A stretch of DNA of 64,000 bases. It comes from Camelus dromedarius. Taxonomy: Eukaryota. Shown in pieces: positions 12,868 to 26,022 of the stretch. The DNA lies in NCBI RefSeq assembly GCF_036321535.1, contig NC_087443.1, positions 67,766,001 through 67,830,000 of the forward strand. The letters run 5' to 3'. The notes under the pieces were generated by a model that searched no databases, was not told where the DNA came from, and saw only the letters and a program-made list of their open reading frames with translations. Positions within the stretch are counted from its first letter, which is position 1. Each line of letters begins with the position of its first letter. The position numbers and the translations under genes were made by a program.

Positions 12868-13305
12868 GGGAGTGTTGGTCAGTGAAATTATCATTCTCAG
12901 ATCGTCTCTCCCCTCGCTCCCTCCTTTCTATAGAGTTATAACCCTCCTCCCACGGTTTCACAGGGACACCTACTTCTCTGCTCCTTAACTTTGGGCTGAG
13001 GCATTGATTTGGCCAATGCAGACATGCCATGAGTAGGATATAAATGTGCTTATGCATTTGGCTTGTCATCTTTTGTTCCTTCCATATGCTATGAAAAGAA
13101 CATGCCCTATGAAATCAGGGGTCCAAGGACGATGAGGGAAACATGGGGCAAACCTAGGTCTAAGTCTACCAATAGCTTAAAGCAGAGCTGCCTTGGCTAG
13201 CTCATAGAGCCATGAGGTAGAAATACATGCATTTGTTACTGTAAGCCACAGAGACATAAGAGCTGTTTGTTACGTGGCAGAGCTGAGTAAAAACCTTACT
13301 AATAC
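12868..13305 (+). mobile_element. MLT1J-like MaLR solo LTR
   Basis: ctttgggctgaggc...tttggccaatg...ccatatgctatgaaaagaacatgccc...tactgtaagccacagaga...tgtttgttacgtggcag...ttactaataca. Confidence 0.75.
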
Positions 13306-13509
13306 AGCTTTTAGTGCAACTCACTGGTTTTACAGATGAAATCATTTACTATTGCTGTGATAACGCTAGACTGTTTTTGGTCTCAGTTCTTTCATTTGTA
13401 ACAGGTAAATACAATACCTGATGTCTTACCTGTCTTGCCCAGTTCTCAAGGATGTAACAAAAATAAAATGATGGCTGTGAAGGTTCGTCCAGTGTCATAA
13501 TCACAACAA

Positions 13510-13960
13510 TGCTGCCATGAAACCAAAACCGTTAATGGCTCCCCATCACCTACAGAATCAAGCAGCACTGATTGATCGTGGCACACAGGTCCCCATGTCC
13601 CTTCCTACATGCCATGACCACCTCACTTCTCCCCATTTCCACACACCATGTTGCCACCACTTGAATTGTTTGCTGCTCCCCAAACTGTCTCTGATCCTTC
13701 TCCCCTCCATGCCTTTTCTCCTGTCTGGTCCCTTCCCTTGGAATGCCTTTTCCTGCCATCGCAACTTTTAGAAACCTTCACTGTGAAACTCAAATATCAT
13801 GTTCTCCAAATGGTTTATCCAATCCCTTTAGCTAAAATTAAGTCGTATTTCCTTCCAGATAACGCGTTTTCCTTATATTTCAGGTATTGGGCTCAAGTCT
13901 ATCACCTACACTGAATGAGAATGAGCTTCTTGAGGATAATTTTTAATTTTCATCTCCCAC
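13510..13960 (+). mobile_element. L2 3' region
   Basis: aatggctccccatcacctacagaatcaag...ccttggaatgccttttcc. Confidence 0.65.
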
Positions 13961-14234
13961 AGACCCTAGCCTGTGAAGTATTGTATATATCCTTGACGTT
14001 TATCAATGATGAGATGAGGGACCTTACCCCAGCTCCAGAAAGCAGTTACCCTCGCAGACTGGTGGTATATTTCTGCCATATTCTAGCATTCTCCACAGTC
14101 AGTAAAGAATGGCCCTGACACAGCCATAAATGACGACCCAAGTAGCTACCACGCATTGAGCCCTTCTTCCCGGGGCAGGATCTGCTCCAAGCACTCTGCA
14201 CATGTTGTCTTATTTAAATCTCCCATTGCCTCAT

Positions 14235-14930
14235 TGAACGTGGTAGAGATTGCTCTGCTCTGTCCCTTTCCTCCTGGGTGCCCAGCTAGACCACATTTCC
14301 CAGATTCCCTGGCGATTAGGTGTAACCAAATGACTGGGTTCTGCCCAGTGGAAAGTAGGGGGGAGGTAGCATGTGCACTTCCAGACCAGGCTCATAAAAC
14401 CCTCCCCTGCAAAGCTCCCTCTTCTCTTCTGACAGTAGATAGAGCAGATCCAGCCAATGTCTTTGAAGCTTGGAGGATGGTGAAGCTGCAAAATGAGAAG
14501 AGTTTGAGTTTATAAATCATGCTCCAGGTGGGAGGCCACCTGCTGAATACAGTCGTCCCTTGGTTTGGTTCCAGGACCCCTATAGATACCAAAATCCCTC
14601 GGATGCTCAAGCCCCTTATATAAAATGGTGTAGTATTTGTATGTAACTCATGCATATCCTCCTTAAATCATCTCCAGATTACCTTACTACCTAATACAAT
14701 GTAAATGCTATGTACGTAGTTACACGCGCAAGCCAAATTCGAGTTTTGCTTTGGGGAACTTTCTGGAATTTTGGGGAGGAATATTTTTGATCCACGGTTG
14801 AATCTGCAGATGCGGAACCCAGGGATACACAGGGCCAACGATAATCCTGTATTGGATTGTGATATGATTATGAAATAAATGTCTATTCTGTTAAGCCTTT
14901 GAGATTTGAGGATTCCTACGTGTGCTGTTA
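14235..14930 (+). mobile_element. MLT1H/I-like MaLR solo LTR, split by MER2
   Basis: gctagaccacatttcccagattccctgg...tgactgggttctgcccagtggaa before MER2. ttggattgtgatatgattatgaaataaatgtctattctgttaagcc after it. Confidence 0.75.
14550..14840 (+). mobile_element. MER2 (TcMar-Tigger) element inserted in an MLT1 LTR
   Basis: ta|cagtcgtcccttgg...ggttccaggacccc...ataccaaaatccctcggatgctcaagccccttatataaaatggtgtagtatttg...gaatctgcagatgcggaaccc. Confidence 0.85.
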
Positions 14931-15837
14931 CCTGAGGAAACTTAAGTTTGGATTAAGTGATTTAAGGCAGGTTGCATAAAAGTTGGGGCTAGGATTTTAA
15001 CTCAAACTTAGCCATCTCCAAGTCCTGTGATTCTAACTATTATGCTATACTACCTCTCAGCTAAGGGAAAAAACAAACAAACAAATGAACAAATGAAAAC
15101 AAACCTCCCACTGGTGTAAAATCAGGGTTTTCTAGACCATGCCCACCCCCTCGGCTCTGAGATGCTGTACGAGCAGAGTTCCCACGGGGTGCTTTTGTGA
15201 AATTACAGAGTTGGTGCCTACTCTGAGGGAAAGAGGGAGCAGAGGGAAACAGGTAGGCCAGGCCCTCTGCATACAGTTATCTCGTTTAATCTTCACAATA
15301 ACCCCCGGAAGGTATTGCTACCCATGGGCTCAGAGAAGCTAAGCGGCTTCTTCAAGGTTCCGGAGCTAATGGAACATAGCATAACTGCGGTTCAAACCCG
15401 AGTCCACCTGATTCCAAATCTAGTACTTGTCTTTCTTCACCACCCAAAGGTAATATCATTTCATGGTCTATTTCGTCCCTTTCTCCATCCATCCATTCAT
15501 TCACCCATCCATCTATCCAGTCAGTGTTTGTTGGGTACCTCCTGTGGGCCAGGCACACTGCTGGTCTCTAGGGACGAAGGCCAGGTCTAGGTGAGCCCAC
15601 AAGGGCACCTAAGGCTCTCGGTTGAAAGAAGCACTTACTCTCAGGTGCTCATCCTGCATTCCCAGGACCGTGACATTTTTTAAAATTTAGATTTCCTCCT
15701 TAAATTTGGTGCCTTAGGGACCTGACCTGGTTGACCTCACCCTAGTCCCAGCCCTGACAGAGGAGTGAGAAAAACCAGGCATGAACTCTGTCCTTGGAGG
15801 GTTTACAGCTTAGAGAAGACAGACAAACTACCAACAT

Positions 15838-16258
15838 CCCAGTTACTATTGCAAATCACCCTAACCATAGTCCTACTGTAAAACCACATCACTTTATTAT
15901 GCTCATGGTCTGTGGCCAAGGATTCAGAAAGGCACAGAGGAGATGCTTTGTCTCTGTTCCACAGCGTTTGGAGATTCACCTGGAAGATTGGCAGTTTAGG
16001 AGTGACTAGAACAGGTAGGGTCTGGAAGCATCTGGACTGTGGTCACTCACAGCTCTGGCATCTCGCTGTGATGAGTTGAAGGTTAGGACAAGCTGGGTCT
16101 GTGTGGACCAGAGTACTGCATATGGCTTCCCGTAAGGCCTGGGCTTCTGGCCAAAGTGGTCACTATCCTGCCCAGACTCATGAGGAGGGGACGGGGCCCC
16201 ATCTCCCAAAGGAAGGACTATCAAAGTACTGGTGGCCATTTTAAAAACCATCACAATG
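15838..16258 (-). mobile_element. MLT1F/G-like MaLR solo LTR
   Basis: ttattatgctcatggtctgtggccaaggattcagaaaggcacagagg...ccccatctcccaaaggaaggactatcaaag...ggccattttaaaaaccatcaca. Confidence 0.7.
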
Positions 16259-18761
16259 ACCAAAATGAATGAATAATTCTTCTATAGAGGAAGGAAGCAT
16301 TATTCTATGAAAATGAGTAACAGAGGATTCTTGTGTGGGGAATGGATTGGTAACAACAAATATACCTCATTCATTCATTCATTCATTCATTCAACTAGCC
16401 AACATGTATTGAGCACCCATAAGGCACCCGGCCGGCAGCAGGTCACAGGGAGGAAGGGTCCTCCTGGGAGGGGAGGACAGTGCAGCTCCTGCTTTGTGTG
16501 GCTTGTTAACTGGCCGTACAGGTGGTGCTCACACATCCCACAGAATTGGTTCAGATTCACATGTCAGATCGTGTCCTGAGCCCCTCACAAGTGCTTGCCC
16601 TGGGGAAAAAGTTGAGGGTGACACAGAAGGTGTCACCCTTGACCTTGGAGAACTTGTCATTTGTGCTGTTACCAGAAGCAGCACCATTATTATTCGCAGG
16701 AACCTGGATGTCCTTAACCCTCCCTAGTGTTTGTAAAGGGATTATGGGCTCCAAAGCTCTTTCACACTCTTTACCTCACCTCAAACCTACCAGGCAGGAG
16801 GACAAGCCCCTATCCCCAACCATGTTCCCATTTCACAGATGAGAAAACTGAGCTCAGCAGGGTTAAATCTCAGGTGTGCCCCAAATCAGACAGCTAACGA
16901 TGGCAGCTTTGCATGACATGTGTCTGAAGAGTTGTTCAAAATTCTCAAGTCCCTTTTCTCCCAAGTCCATGTCTTTTTCCTTGCCATCCCTCCGTCTTTA
17001 TTTGCCTTCAGGGCCAACTACTTAGAAATAAGTGAATAAAGTAATTGCACACCTGCATGCCAGGCATCTCGTAGAGAACTCAGCCTGTACCAGCTCATGT
17101 CATCCTCGAATACTCTAGGACAGAGGTAGACCTACTCTCATCTCCACCTTGCAGATGGGGGAGATCAGGAAGGCAGAGCGACTTTCTCAAGGTCACCCCG
17201 GGAGTAAGGAAGCTGCAGAGAGGAAACTCGAGCCCCCATCAGTCTGCCTTGAAGCCAGTTGCGGCACCTCTGGGCTGGGAACGGCTGCACCTCCTCCATC
17301 CTCAGCTCCTGTGGTGGGAGCCCTGTCTCCAAAGCGCTGGGCTAAGGAGGACGTTCAGTGACCCAGACTAGGGTGCTCCGCCCTGGCCTCTGACTGGGTG
17401 AATATTCACTAGTCTTGCCAGCTTGGAGGAAGGGGCCTCGCTGATATCATCAATTATGCATGGCCCTGGGCTAAGACCAGTGCCCCGGGAATTCAAGAGA
17501 GGAGATGCTTGCACTGGGAGAGCGGCAGGGCAGTGGCATGGGGGTCACTCGCCTCTTGCTTAACTCTTTCCCTGCCTCAGCCCTGGTGACAAGAGCTGAG
17601 GCCCAGAGTTCTGTGTTGTGTGTCTCTGCCAAGGTTAGTGTTAGGCAAGCAACAGCTGGATGTCCCAACACTTCGGCCAGGCCAGCTAGCCCTCATTCAT
17701 TTCAGGCCTCATTAGTGCCCGCAGCTCGGATTTACACAGATGTAAATCAGGTCATTAGCACCTCATTGCTTGGCAAGGAGGTGTGGCCAAAAGGGAATTT
17801 ACGGATGGAATTGAAGGGGGTTGGGGGGATGGAGCAAACTTTGAGCCCAACTTTAATGTTTAACCTCTCTGACAATAGTGTCGCAAGCCTTCCCCACCAA
17901 TATCTCAGGCAATTTCTTGGGTGAAACAGTCGATAAATGCAAGTAGACAACAGATGGGGCTGGGTGGGAGGAAACGGACTGCTGAATTATACATCAGATG
18001 CAGGGGTAGCTAGCCTGGACCAATAGGAAGCCTCTTCTGCAGAGAAAGGCTTTCACAGGCCCTCAGTTCTCTTCCTGACCACACTTCACCCTTCCTTTGT
18101 CTGGGAAGAGAAGCCCCGGATCCTCTTAACACAGTGTTAAATCCTAGTGAGAGGGGAGAAATGGAAGGGAAGATAATTTGGAGAAGGGGGGTGGTTTGTG
18201 GGGAAGGTAGGGAGAGAGAGATCCATTTCTGGTAAATTATTAACAACAAAAAATTTCTCTCTCAAAAAAAAAAAAGTGCCCAACAGAACTTTCAAGTTCT
18301 CTAATATGAAAAGTCAAAAGTTTAACTGGGTGCCAGGGTGCTGATGCCAAGACCGGGTTCTGGCCAAGGCATGCTGGCCATGCATGAGCTGTCACCCCAG
18401 CACTGCCCTTCCCCTTCCTGAGAAGACAGTGTTGGCTCATGACAGGAGGCGGAGGCCTGGAGCCCTCCCTCTGGAGTCCTAGGCAAGAAGGCAGGATTCA
18501 GGCCCCTCTCATCTTGGGGGCTGAGGGTCCCTACACAGGACTTCACAAAACGCCAAGTGTGTTCTAAGGCTGGTCTCAAGTCAAGATGTGGGAAGCATCC
18601 ATTTTGGAGTCAAAACTGGATTTCCATTCTGGCATGGTCATTACCTGCTGTGCAACCTTTCACAAGTTACTTAACCTCTCTGAGCCAGTTTACTTAGCTA
18701 TAGAGTGAAGTCAACAAACTGCTTTAACAGAGTGAATGCCAGGATTGGACACAGGCTATCT

Positions 18762-18975
18762 CAGGGGTGGGCAAACTATGGTCAGTGGGCCGAATCTAGT
18801 GGCCACCTGTTTTTTTTTTTTTTTTAAGGTACAATTTTACTGGAAAACAACCATGTTCATTTAATTACTTACTGTCAATGGCTGCTTTTGTGCTACAACA
18901 GTGGAACTGAGACTAAACGGCCCCCCTCAAAGCCTAAAATCTCCAGCCTTTAGTAGAAAATTTGGCCTGCCCCTG
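18762..18975 (+). mobile_element. MER58A-like hAT element
   Basis: caggggtgggcaaactatgg...ccacctgtttt...aatggctgcttttgtgctacaacag...gaaaatttggcctgcccctg. Confidence 0.8.
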
Positions 18976-21900
18976 GGATATGTAAAGGACACACCTGGTG
19001 CTTCATAAAAGTGTGATCTGTGGTGGAGGTGGTGGTGAATTTCATTACTATCACCCCAGGGCAGTTAGGGCCTGGTCCTTCATTTTCAGAAGTGGGGGGC
19101 TTACTTCCCGCTCATAGCCCCTGCCGTCCACTCACTCTGCGTGCAGGTAATTACACTGGGGATGGGGCCTTTCCTGAGCTGCTGAGCATGCAGCATGTGC
19201 TAACGACAGCATCTCTCACCCCAGTGAGGACCAGGAGAGCCTTTAGAGGAGGCCCCCAATTCACGTGGCAGATGGCCACCCTGGAGCCCAGGAAGAGGTC
19301 CCGAAGCAGGTGAGATCCGCACAGGCGCAGAAGGCAGGCTGTGTTCTCAGGATCTCCATCCTGAACTCTCTTTGGAGCCAGTGTCTGCCTGGGGACAGTG
19401 AAGTGAGGAAAGAAAGGAGTCAGCCCACTCTTCTGGACGATCACTGGAGCCCAGCTGTGGCCCAGTTGTGGAAGAACAGTGCAGCCCCTTCCCCCCAAAA
19501 GGAGCAGGGCCCATCAGGGCCAGCTCCACACACTTCACTCCCGCCTTCTGGAGCCCAGCACCCAGGGAGCGAATGCAGCAAATCCTCGCCAAGTAAACTG
19601 AAGAGGAAGGCTGAAGCGGGCCGACTGAGAGAGCCCCTCCAGGTGAACACTGCTGGGTGGGTAAGACCTCTTTCCCTCTGCACAGTTTGCCCATCTCCCC
19701 AGGCGTCTCGTCTAACTCTCCCGGCACGGCTGGAGGGAAGCACTGTCTCTGCTTTACACTCGAGGAAACTGAGGCTGGCGCCGTTGAGACAAACTGTCTG
19801 TTCTAGGGGCCCAGTCAGCAGGATTCCAGCGGAAGCCCTCAAAGGCCTGTGGGCGGCCTTTCTTCCTTTCTGCTCGCTCTACGTGACGTATCTGCACTGG
19901 CCTGAATGGCGCGAATCATTCTCTCAGAGTAGCAACAGGAACTTGAAAAGCAGCCTGTCCAGCCCTGCCCACAGATACCTCCAGCCTGCTCCCCAGGCCC
20001 GTCTGGCCTCCTGCTGGCCTCTCCCTGCAGGCCCTGCCTGGAAGAACTGCACAGCACAGCTGACTGCCCACGGAGAGCTTCCTGCCAGGAGCCTGCGAGT
20101 GGTGCTTACACACCAGTTGCAAGTTTGCAAGACCCACACACCCGCCCCGTTATACCAGCCACAGGTGCCAAGTCCATGGACCCTACACAGCGGCCCTGGC
20201 ACCATGTATGAAGCATCTGCCGTGTTCTAGTGTTACGCGAAGGGCCTTACGTGCACTGGTACAGCAGTTCTCAAAGTCCCTGGGCCCTTTCAGGGTGTCT
20301 GCGAGGTCAAAACAATGTCATAATATGTTCATAAAACTACTAAGGCATTCCTTGTTTTTTTCACTCTCATTCTTTCATAAGTATATAATAGAATTTTCCA
20401 GAAGCTACATGATGTCATCACTCTGGCTGCCGATGGAACGTGCTTTCTAGAATTTTCTGAAGTGAAGTCATTGGGGTGCTCAGTAATTTTTAAGATTGTA
20501 AAGGGGTCCTGAGATCACAAGGTTTGAAAAATCACTGTACTATTTTCCTCTTTTTTTCCAACTCTCACAATATCCCTATGAGGTCGGTACTGTCATCTCT
20601 AGTTCACAGACAGGGAAATAAACTGAAAGAGGTAGAGCAACCCATCCAAGATCATGTAGTTAGGAAGCAGCTGAGCTGGGATTGCCAGCTGGTTCTGTCT
20701 GGGGCCAACAGCAAGGTCCTCTCTCCAGCTCTCCAAAGTAGACCACCTTGGAGGTAGGGATCATGACCTGGGGTCGCCCAAAGTGGTTTACTTGACTGCT
20801 TCCTTCTCTTCTGAGAATTCAGGAAATGCCAGACTCATTGGCCCTGTTTTCTGCTCATTTAAACAAGACAGGGGGAGGGACCCCTGGGGTGAACCCTGAG
20901 GTCCTTTTCAGATGGGCCACCCCAGACCCAGACCTCAAGGTGCCTACTGTGAGGATAGGTGAGGGCAGATGACAGACGGGCCATCCAGGACGGAGCCAGG
21001 AGGTCGTGGTACCCCTCCACATCTGCCCTCTGCCTTCCTTCAACTTCAGTTTTCCCCTTTTTTATTTGGATACAGAGTCAGATTTTATCCAATGTCTTTG
21101 CCAACAAGAAATTACTTTTTAAAAAACTGAAACAAAACAAAACTTTTTCAGTCTTTTGAAAGGTTGGCCCAGCCTTCCTTTCCCCCAGTCCTCTTGCTGC
21201 TAAGGGCTGTCCCCAGCAGCCTAGGCCAGGACTGGGCTTTGTTCCTGGTGTGAGTGACAGGAGGGTGACACCTGCTCATCTTTTAAACAAACAGCACCAT
21301 TTGAAATGGCAAAGGCGTTGGCGTTGGCGAAGGAGCCCCAAGAAACAGAACCCTGACTTTTGTTGGGTTTTTTCTTGGTGTGTGTGTATGTTGCGTTTTG
21401 TTTTGTTTTGGTTATTTTGTTATTCTGCATGCTTCAAAAGAGGCTTAGGTGGCCCTGGGAAGGCCTGTATTCTTGGCACCTTCCCTTCCCATGGGGCTTT
21501 TGTGGACTTGCTTCTTGTGTTGGTCTTGTTGTTCTAACTCAGAGATTTGGGCTGTAAAATAAAGAGGTGGAATTTTTTTTAAAGGAAACGAACGTGGCCA
21601 GAATGAAGGTGCTCTGAACAGCTAAATTACACCTGCAAACATACATTCTCGGTAGCCCCTGGGAACTGTATCCTCTTTCTCAGCCAATGAGCCCCACCCA
21701 CCAAGGCAAATTAGCTTGGGACCCGTCTTTGAGCCCCACTCTTCCTCACTGGCTGAGCCATTCCACCTCTGAGGTCTGTGGATTCTGTCTCCTTAACCAG
21801 TCTGCAGTGTTTGGTGTCACAGGAGTAAAATTAGTTCGGGCATTTTGGAATAGGTCTGAGTTTGAATCCCAGTGTGCCTCCTTTAACTTCCAGCGTGACC

Positions 21901-23247
21901 TTGGGCAAGCATGTCCCATACTGCCCTGGCTCCCTGTCCACTTTAGCAGCTGACAGTCCCCTCCCTCAAGTGCCCAGGGTCTCTCTCTGCTCGGTGACCG
22001 GAGGGCTTTTCCTGGTACCCAGGGAGCTCGCCCAGCCCTGGAGCAGAGTAACCGGACTGCTCTGGATTTAACCCCTCCAGAGAAGGCATCCACCAAAGAG
22101 GGACCGTGGCTGGTAAATAAACATCTCAGCTTCCTTGTGTCTTTGGGGGGATGGAATGATACTGGGCCCATGATTGCTCAAACGGTCCCCAGAAGGATTA
22201 AGCCCCAATTGCCCATAGCAATGCCTGTCCCTTCCCCAGTCCCTCACCGATGCTTCCTGGGGTCACCTCCCCAGTAAACTAACTGCTCCCAAGTCCTTGT
22301 CTTGAGATCTGTTTTTGGGGGTAAGACAAAACTCCTACAGCAGATTACTTGAGCCCCACAAGACTCAGTTTCCTCAGTGTTAAATGAGGTGGCAACAGCT
22401 CCCTAGCAGGGTTGTTAATAAGCAATAATGTGAAATAATCCGCATGCTGGCAAAATCCCTAAGTGCGTCGGTCTGCTGCAGGCTCTACAGAACCGAGGTG
22501 GGTGTTTTATGCAGTCCCCTTATTTCCTAATCACTGCAGGTTAATGTCCAGTGCACATGCTCCAGAGTTTGGAGAATCTGTGTGCTGCATGCATGTACTG
22601 TGGTACTGGTGTTGTCCTCTGGGCCCCTGTGACAAATGAAAAATGGCTACTCTAGAGAAGAAGGGGAATGGAGGTCTTGGGGTGAGAAGACAAGTTCGCT
22701 ATTCATTTGTCAGAAAGATTTCTGATCTTTCAGAGGCAGCGTGGAGGAGCGGAGAGAGAGTTTGAATCCTGGCCCCATCACTTAATGGCTTTGAAAATGG
22801 GAATAATTTGCTTGATCTTGCTGAGCCTCAGTCTCCTGTCCCATGGAACTGGACTGAGAATTACAAACAATATCTGCAAACCGTTAGCACAGAGGCGATT
22901 CTATTGCAGATGCAGAAATGAATGGTGGGGTCTCAAGCTTTCACAGATCTTAGAATTTCCTTGGGAGAGAAGATGGGACACTGAGGTAGCAGAGCAGGGG
23001 GTGACTGGATCCTTGGACACATGTTTATTGAGCTGTGCCCGAGGCACTAGAAGTGCATGACCAGCGTCCTCAAGGAGAGCCCTCTCTACTTCCACCCAGC
23101 TTATGAGTCTCCTTTTTTCCCTCCTTCCCTCCCTTCCTCCCTCCCCTCTCTTTCTTTCTTCTTTTTTTGCTTCTGTCTTCTCTCTCCATCCTTTTCTCCT
23201 CTTCTCACTCACGTTCTTTCCTTCCTCCATCTCTAAATCTGCTTTCC

Positions 23248-23440
23248 TGGGGGTTTGGGGTGCGGTGGGTATGGCTCAGCAGTAGAGCACGTGCTTAGCA
23301 TACATGAGGTCCTGGGTTCATTCCCCAGTACCTCCATTAAAAACAATTTTTTTTCTTAAATAAATAAACCTAATTATCCACCCCCCAAAAGAGCTTAAAT
23401 TTTTTTAAATAATAAATTAAACAAACAAACAAAAAAACTC
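23248..23440 (+). mobile_element. tRNA-Ala-derived SINE (Vic-1 type)
   Basis: Same head and tail. Near-perfect TSD ctctaaatctgctttcc (23231-23247) / ctctaaatctgcttttcc (23441-23458). Confidence 0.93.
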
Positions 23441-23689
23441 CTCTAAATCTGCTTTTCCTTCTTTCCTGCTGGAATCACAGGCCTCCAACCAGTAGCATCA
23501 CTTGACCCCTGAGGAACCACAGATCTGGGAGATCATAGGACTTGTAGGTCCCATCTGCCCTTCAGTGTATACTGGGGGCAGGCTTCATCCAACCCCAGGG
23601 TATTTGAATTTAAACGGAGGGAGGAGCATTACAGGCCATGAGTTCATCAAATATCTTCTAATTCCATTATATCTAAGATATTCTACAAG

Positions 23690-23896
23690 CAGTGGGATGC
23701 TGAGGTCAGCTTGTACTGGCTTGTAAGAGCTGATTATTAGATTTTCAGGAATTTTGCAAGTGGTTGATATCACATTGGTAGCTTGAAATTGGCAGTGGTG
23801 AGAGTATTTACACTTCAGAAATTGGCAGACATTGCAAATCAGGGATTTTCCTTTTCCCAGAGAGCCCGTGGTTAAACATTTATCAGCACACCATGG
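23690..23896 (+). mobile_element. MER63A-type hAT-Blackjack element
   Basis: cagtgggatgctg...ttttcaggaattttgcaag...ttggtagcttgaaattggc...gagtatttacac...gagagcccgtggttaaacatttatcagcacacca. Confidence 0.8.
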
Positions 23897-25817
23897 TGTA
23901 AAATGTAGGTAATATGAGAGGGATGGATTTGACTAGTCACAGGCCTTGCCTTCAAGGCACTACACAGCAGGCTTGATGATGATTTATAGTCTGGAGATAA
24001 ATTTCAAGTTCCAGAAGGTCACTCTCTTCCTCTGGCCTCAGTTTCCCATCTGCTAAATGGGAATCACAGTACCACATCCCTCCCTTTCTCACTGGGTTGT
24101 TAAGTGACTCACCAGAAACGATATACGTAAAAGAAACCCTACCGCCATCTGTACAGGACTGTTTCTGATCATCACAGAAACATCGTCTTGAGTGCCACCA
24201 AGAAGTAACTTATGATCCACACACAGGACTTGCCTGATGGACAACTGGAAACCAAGTTGAACTGTCATCAAGTTTTATCTCCCTTGGTTGGACTAGGAGA
24301 AGTTTGACAGCACACCCGTGGCTGCTGTATCTCTGCACCCCACAGAGTACAGCTAAACAGATGAGGAAGGGAGAGGGTTGGGGGAACCTGCAGTGAGTGC
24401 ACCCACAAAAGCTGTGTTCATGGGTGGCGGCAGAGAAAGTCCTGTCTTCTCTGATTCGTTGTGGGGAGGCTGTGGGATTCTTCAGCTATTTGAATGATTA
24501 AATGGAATGTCCTTGACGGATGAGAAAGAATGACTACATCGAGCATGTGACTTTGCTTGGAGTCTTCAAAGGAAGGCGGATGTAGAGAACCAAGCTAGAG
24601 TGATTCGCTTTATCACTGTGGATTTCTCCTTGGATCACGGATAAGCATCATCTTTAAGGTTACCAAGTCAACCGATTCCCCCGCTCCCCTCCCCCAAGCT
24701 CTAGTACCGAGTCCTGCTCTCCCCGCCCCCGCCCCGTAACCCTTTCTCCCTCCATGAAAGTCCCAGGCCTGTGGCATTTACATTTGGAACCACACACTCC
24801 GCAGCTTAATTATAGGAAAGTACTTATGTCTTTTTCTCTAATGATTTAATAGTCTGTCTTCCCCACCAAATTGTAAAGCCCTTCAGGGCATGGAATACCG
24901 TCGACGGAATCTGCTTCTCCTGAGCTTCTTGGTGCTCTGGGCTTGCTCAGGACATCAGAAGCACTACCACTGAGGGCGGACCTGCAAGGGTGTGGCTGCG
25001 CTTTGCTCTTTGGAGGCAGCCTCTCCAGGGAGCGCTCAGAAGGCAGCCAACCTGAAGTTGCTGGCTGATTCCTACAACCACCCAATGAGACCGGAGGTGG
25101 AAGCAGGTTCTTCTTACAGCCAAGGAAACTGAGGCACAGGGAGGCTCTGCGGCCCGCTTTGTCCTTTTGGTTAGCTTGGCCCCTGAAGCCCAGTGTGACT
25201 TGGTGTCAGCCTCCTCTTTGGATCTTTTTCCTTCTTGTTCATCTTCATGGAGAGCCCAGAGTGGTTTTAAAATTTTGTTTTTTCTCTTTCTCTCCTGCAC
25301 TGTGTGACTGTGGCAGTATATTCCTGGAACATCCAGTCAAAGAGCACCCCAGTGTGCTCCGAGGCCTGGGGACACGCTGTCCCCTGGGGCCAGGTGGCCA
25401 CTGGAGGCTACTGACATGGTGGCAGCACTGGCCTCCAAAGGGTTAAGGGAGCTGGTGCAAACCCCAGGGGGAGGGGGGCTGGCCCAGTCCCTTGGGGCAA
25501 CCCAGGAGGCTCTGGGCACAGACAGGATACCAGGGTCACAACCCAGCAGGGATCAGAACTGAGACAAAGGCCAAAGGGCCCTGCATCAAAGTCTCATTTC
25601 TCCCCCAGCCTGTCTGCTCTCCACTTCTCCTCGGCCTTCAGAAACAGCCTTGGACATCCACGGCCAGTCCTGGTGTCTTAGAGCATGTAACCCAATGCTC
25701 CTGCATTTCCCCCTGCTCAGCCCCACCAAGCCTTCATCCAGAACTCGGTTCCCAACAGGAACCTCTCATGCCTTGGTAGCCCTTCCAGGCCCGAGCCTCT
25801 GCTAAGCATTTCCTAGG

Positions 25818-26022
25818 GAGGGCTGCCAGAGAAAATCCGGGACACCAATTACATTTGAATTTCAAATAAATAATGAGTAGTTTTTCAGTATAAGTATGTC
25901 CCAAATATTGCATGGGGCTTAGTTTTGGTTTAAAAAAACCCACAAATTATTTATCTGAAATTTAAATTTAACTGGTATACTGAGTTTTTCTCTTTTCTGT
26001 GTGTGCTGACTCTGGCAGTCCT
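25818..26022. mobile_element. MER53-type hAT MITE
   Basis: agggctgccagagaaaatccgggacaccaattacatttgaatttcaaataaa...agtataagtatgtcccaaatattgcatggg...tttatctgaaatttaaatttaactgg...tctggcagtccta. Confidence 0.8.

Noticed and set aside
19265-20230. 321-aa ORF, the longest unmasked ORF
   Set aside because: Ser/Pro/Ala/Leu-rich with no recognisable domain, begins in a MIR remnant, and overlaps several opposite-strand ORFs. Typical of stop-poor GC-rich DNA.
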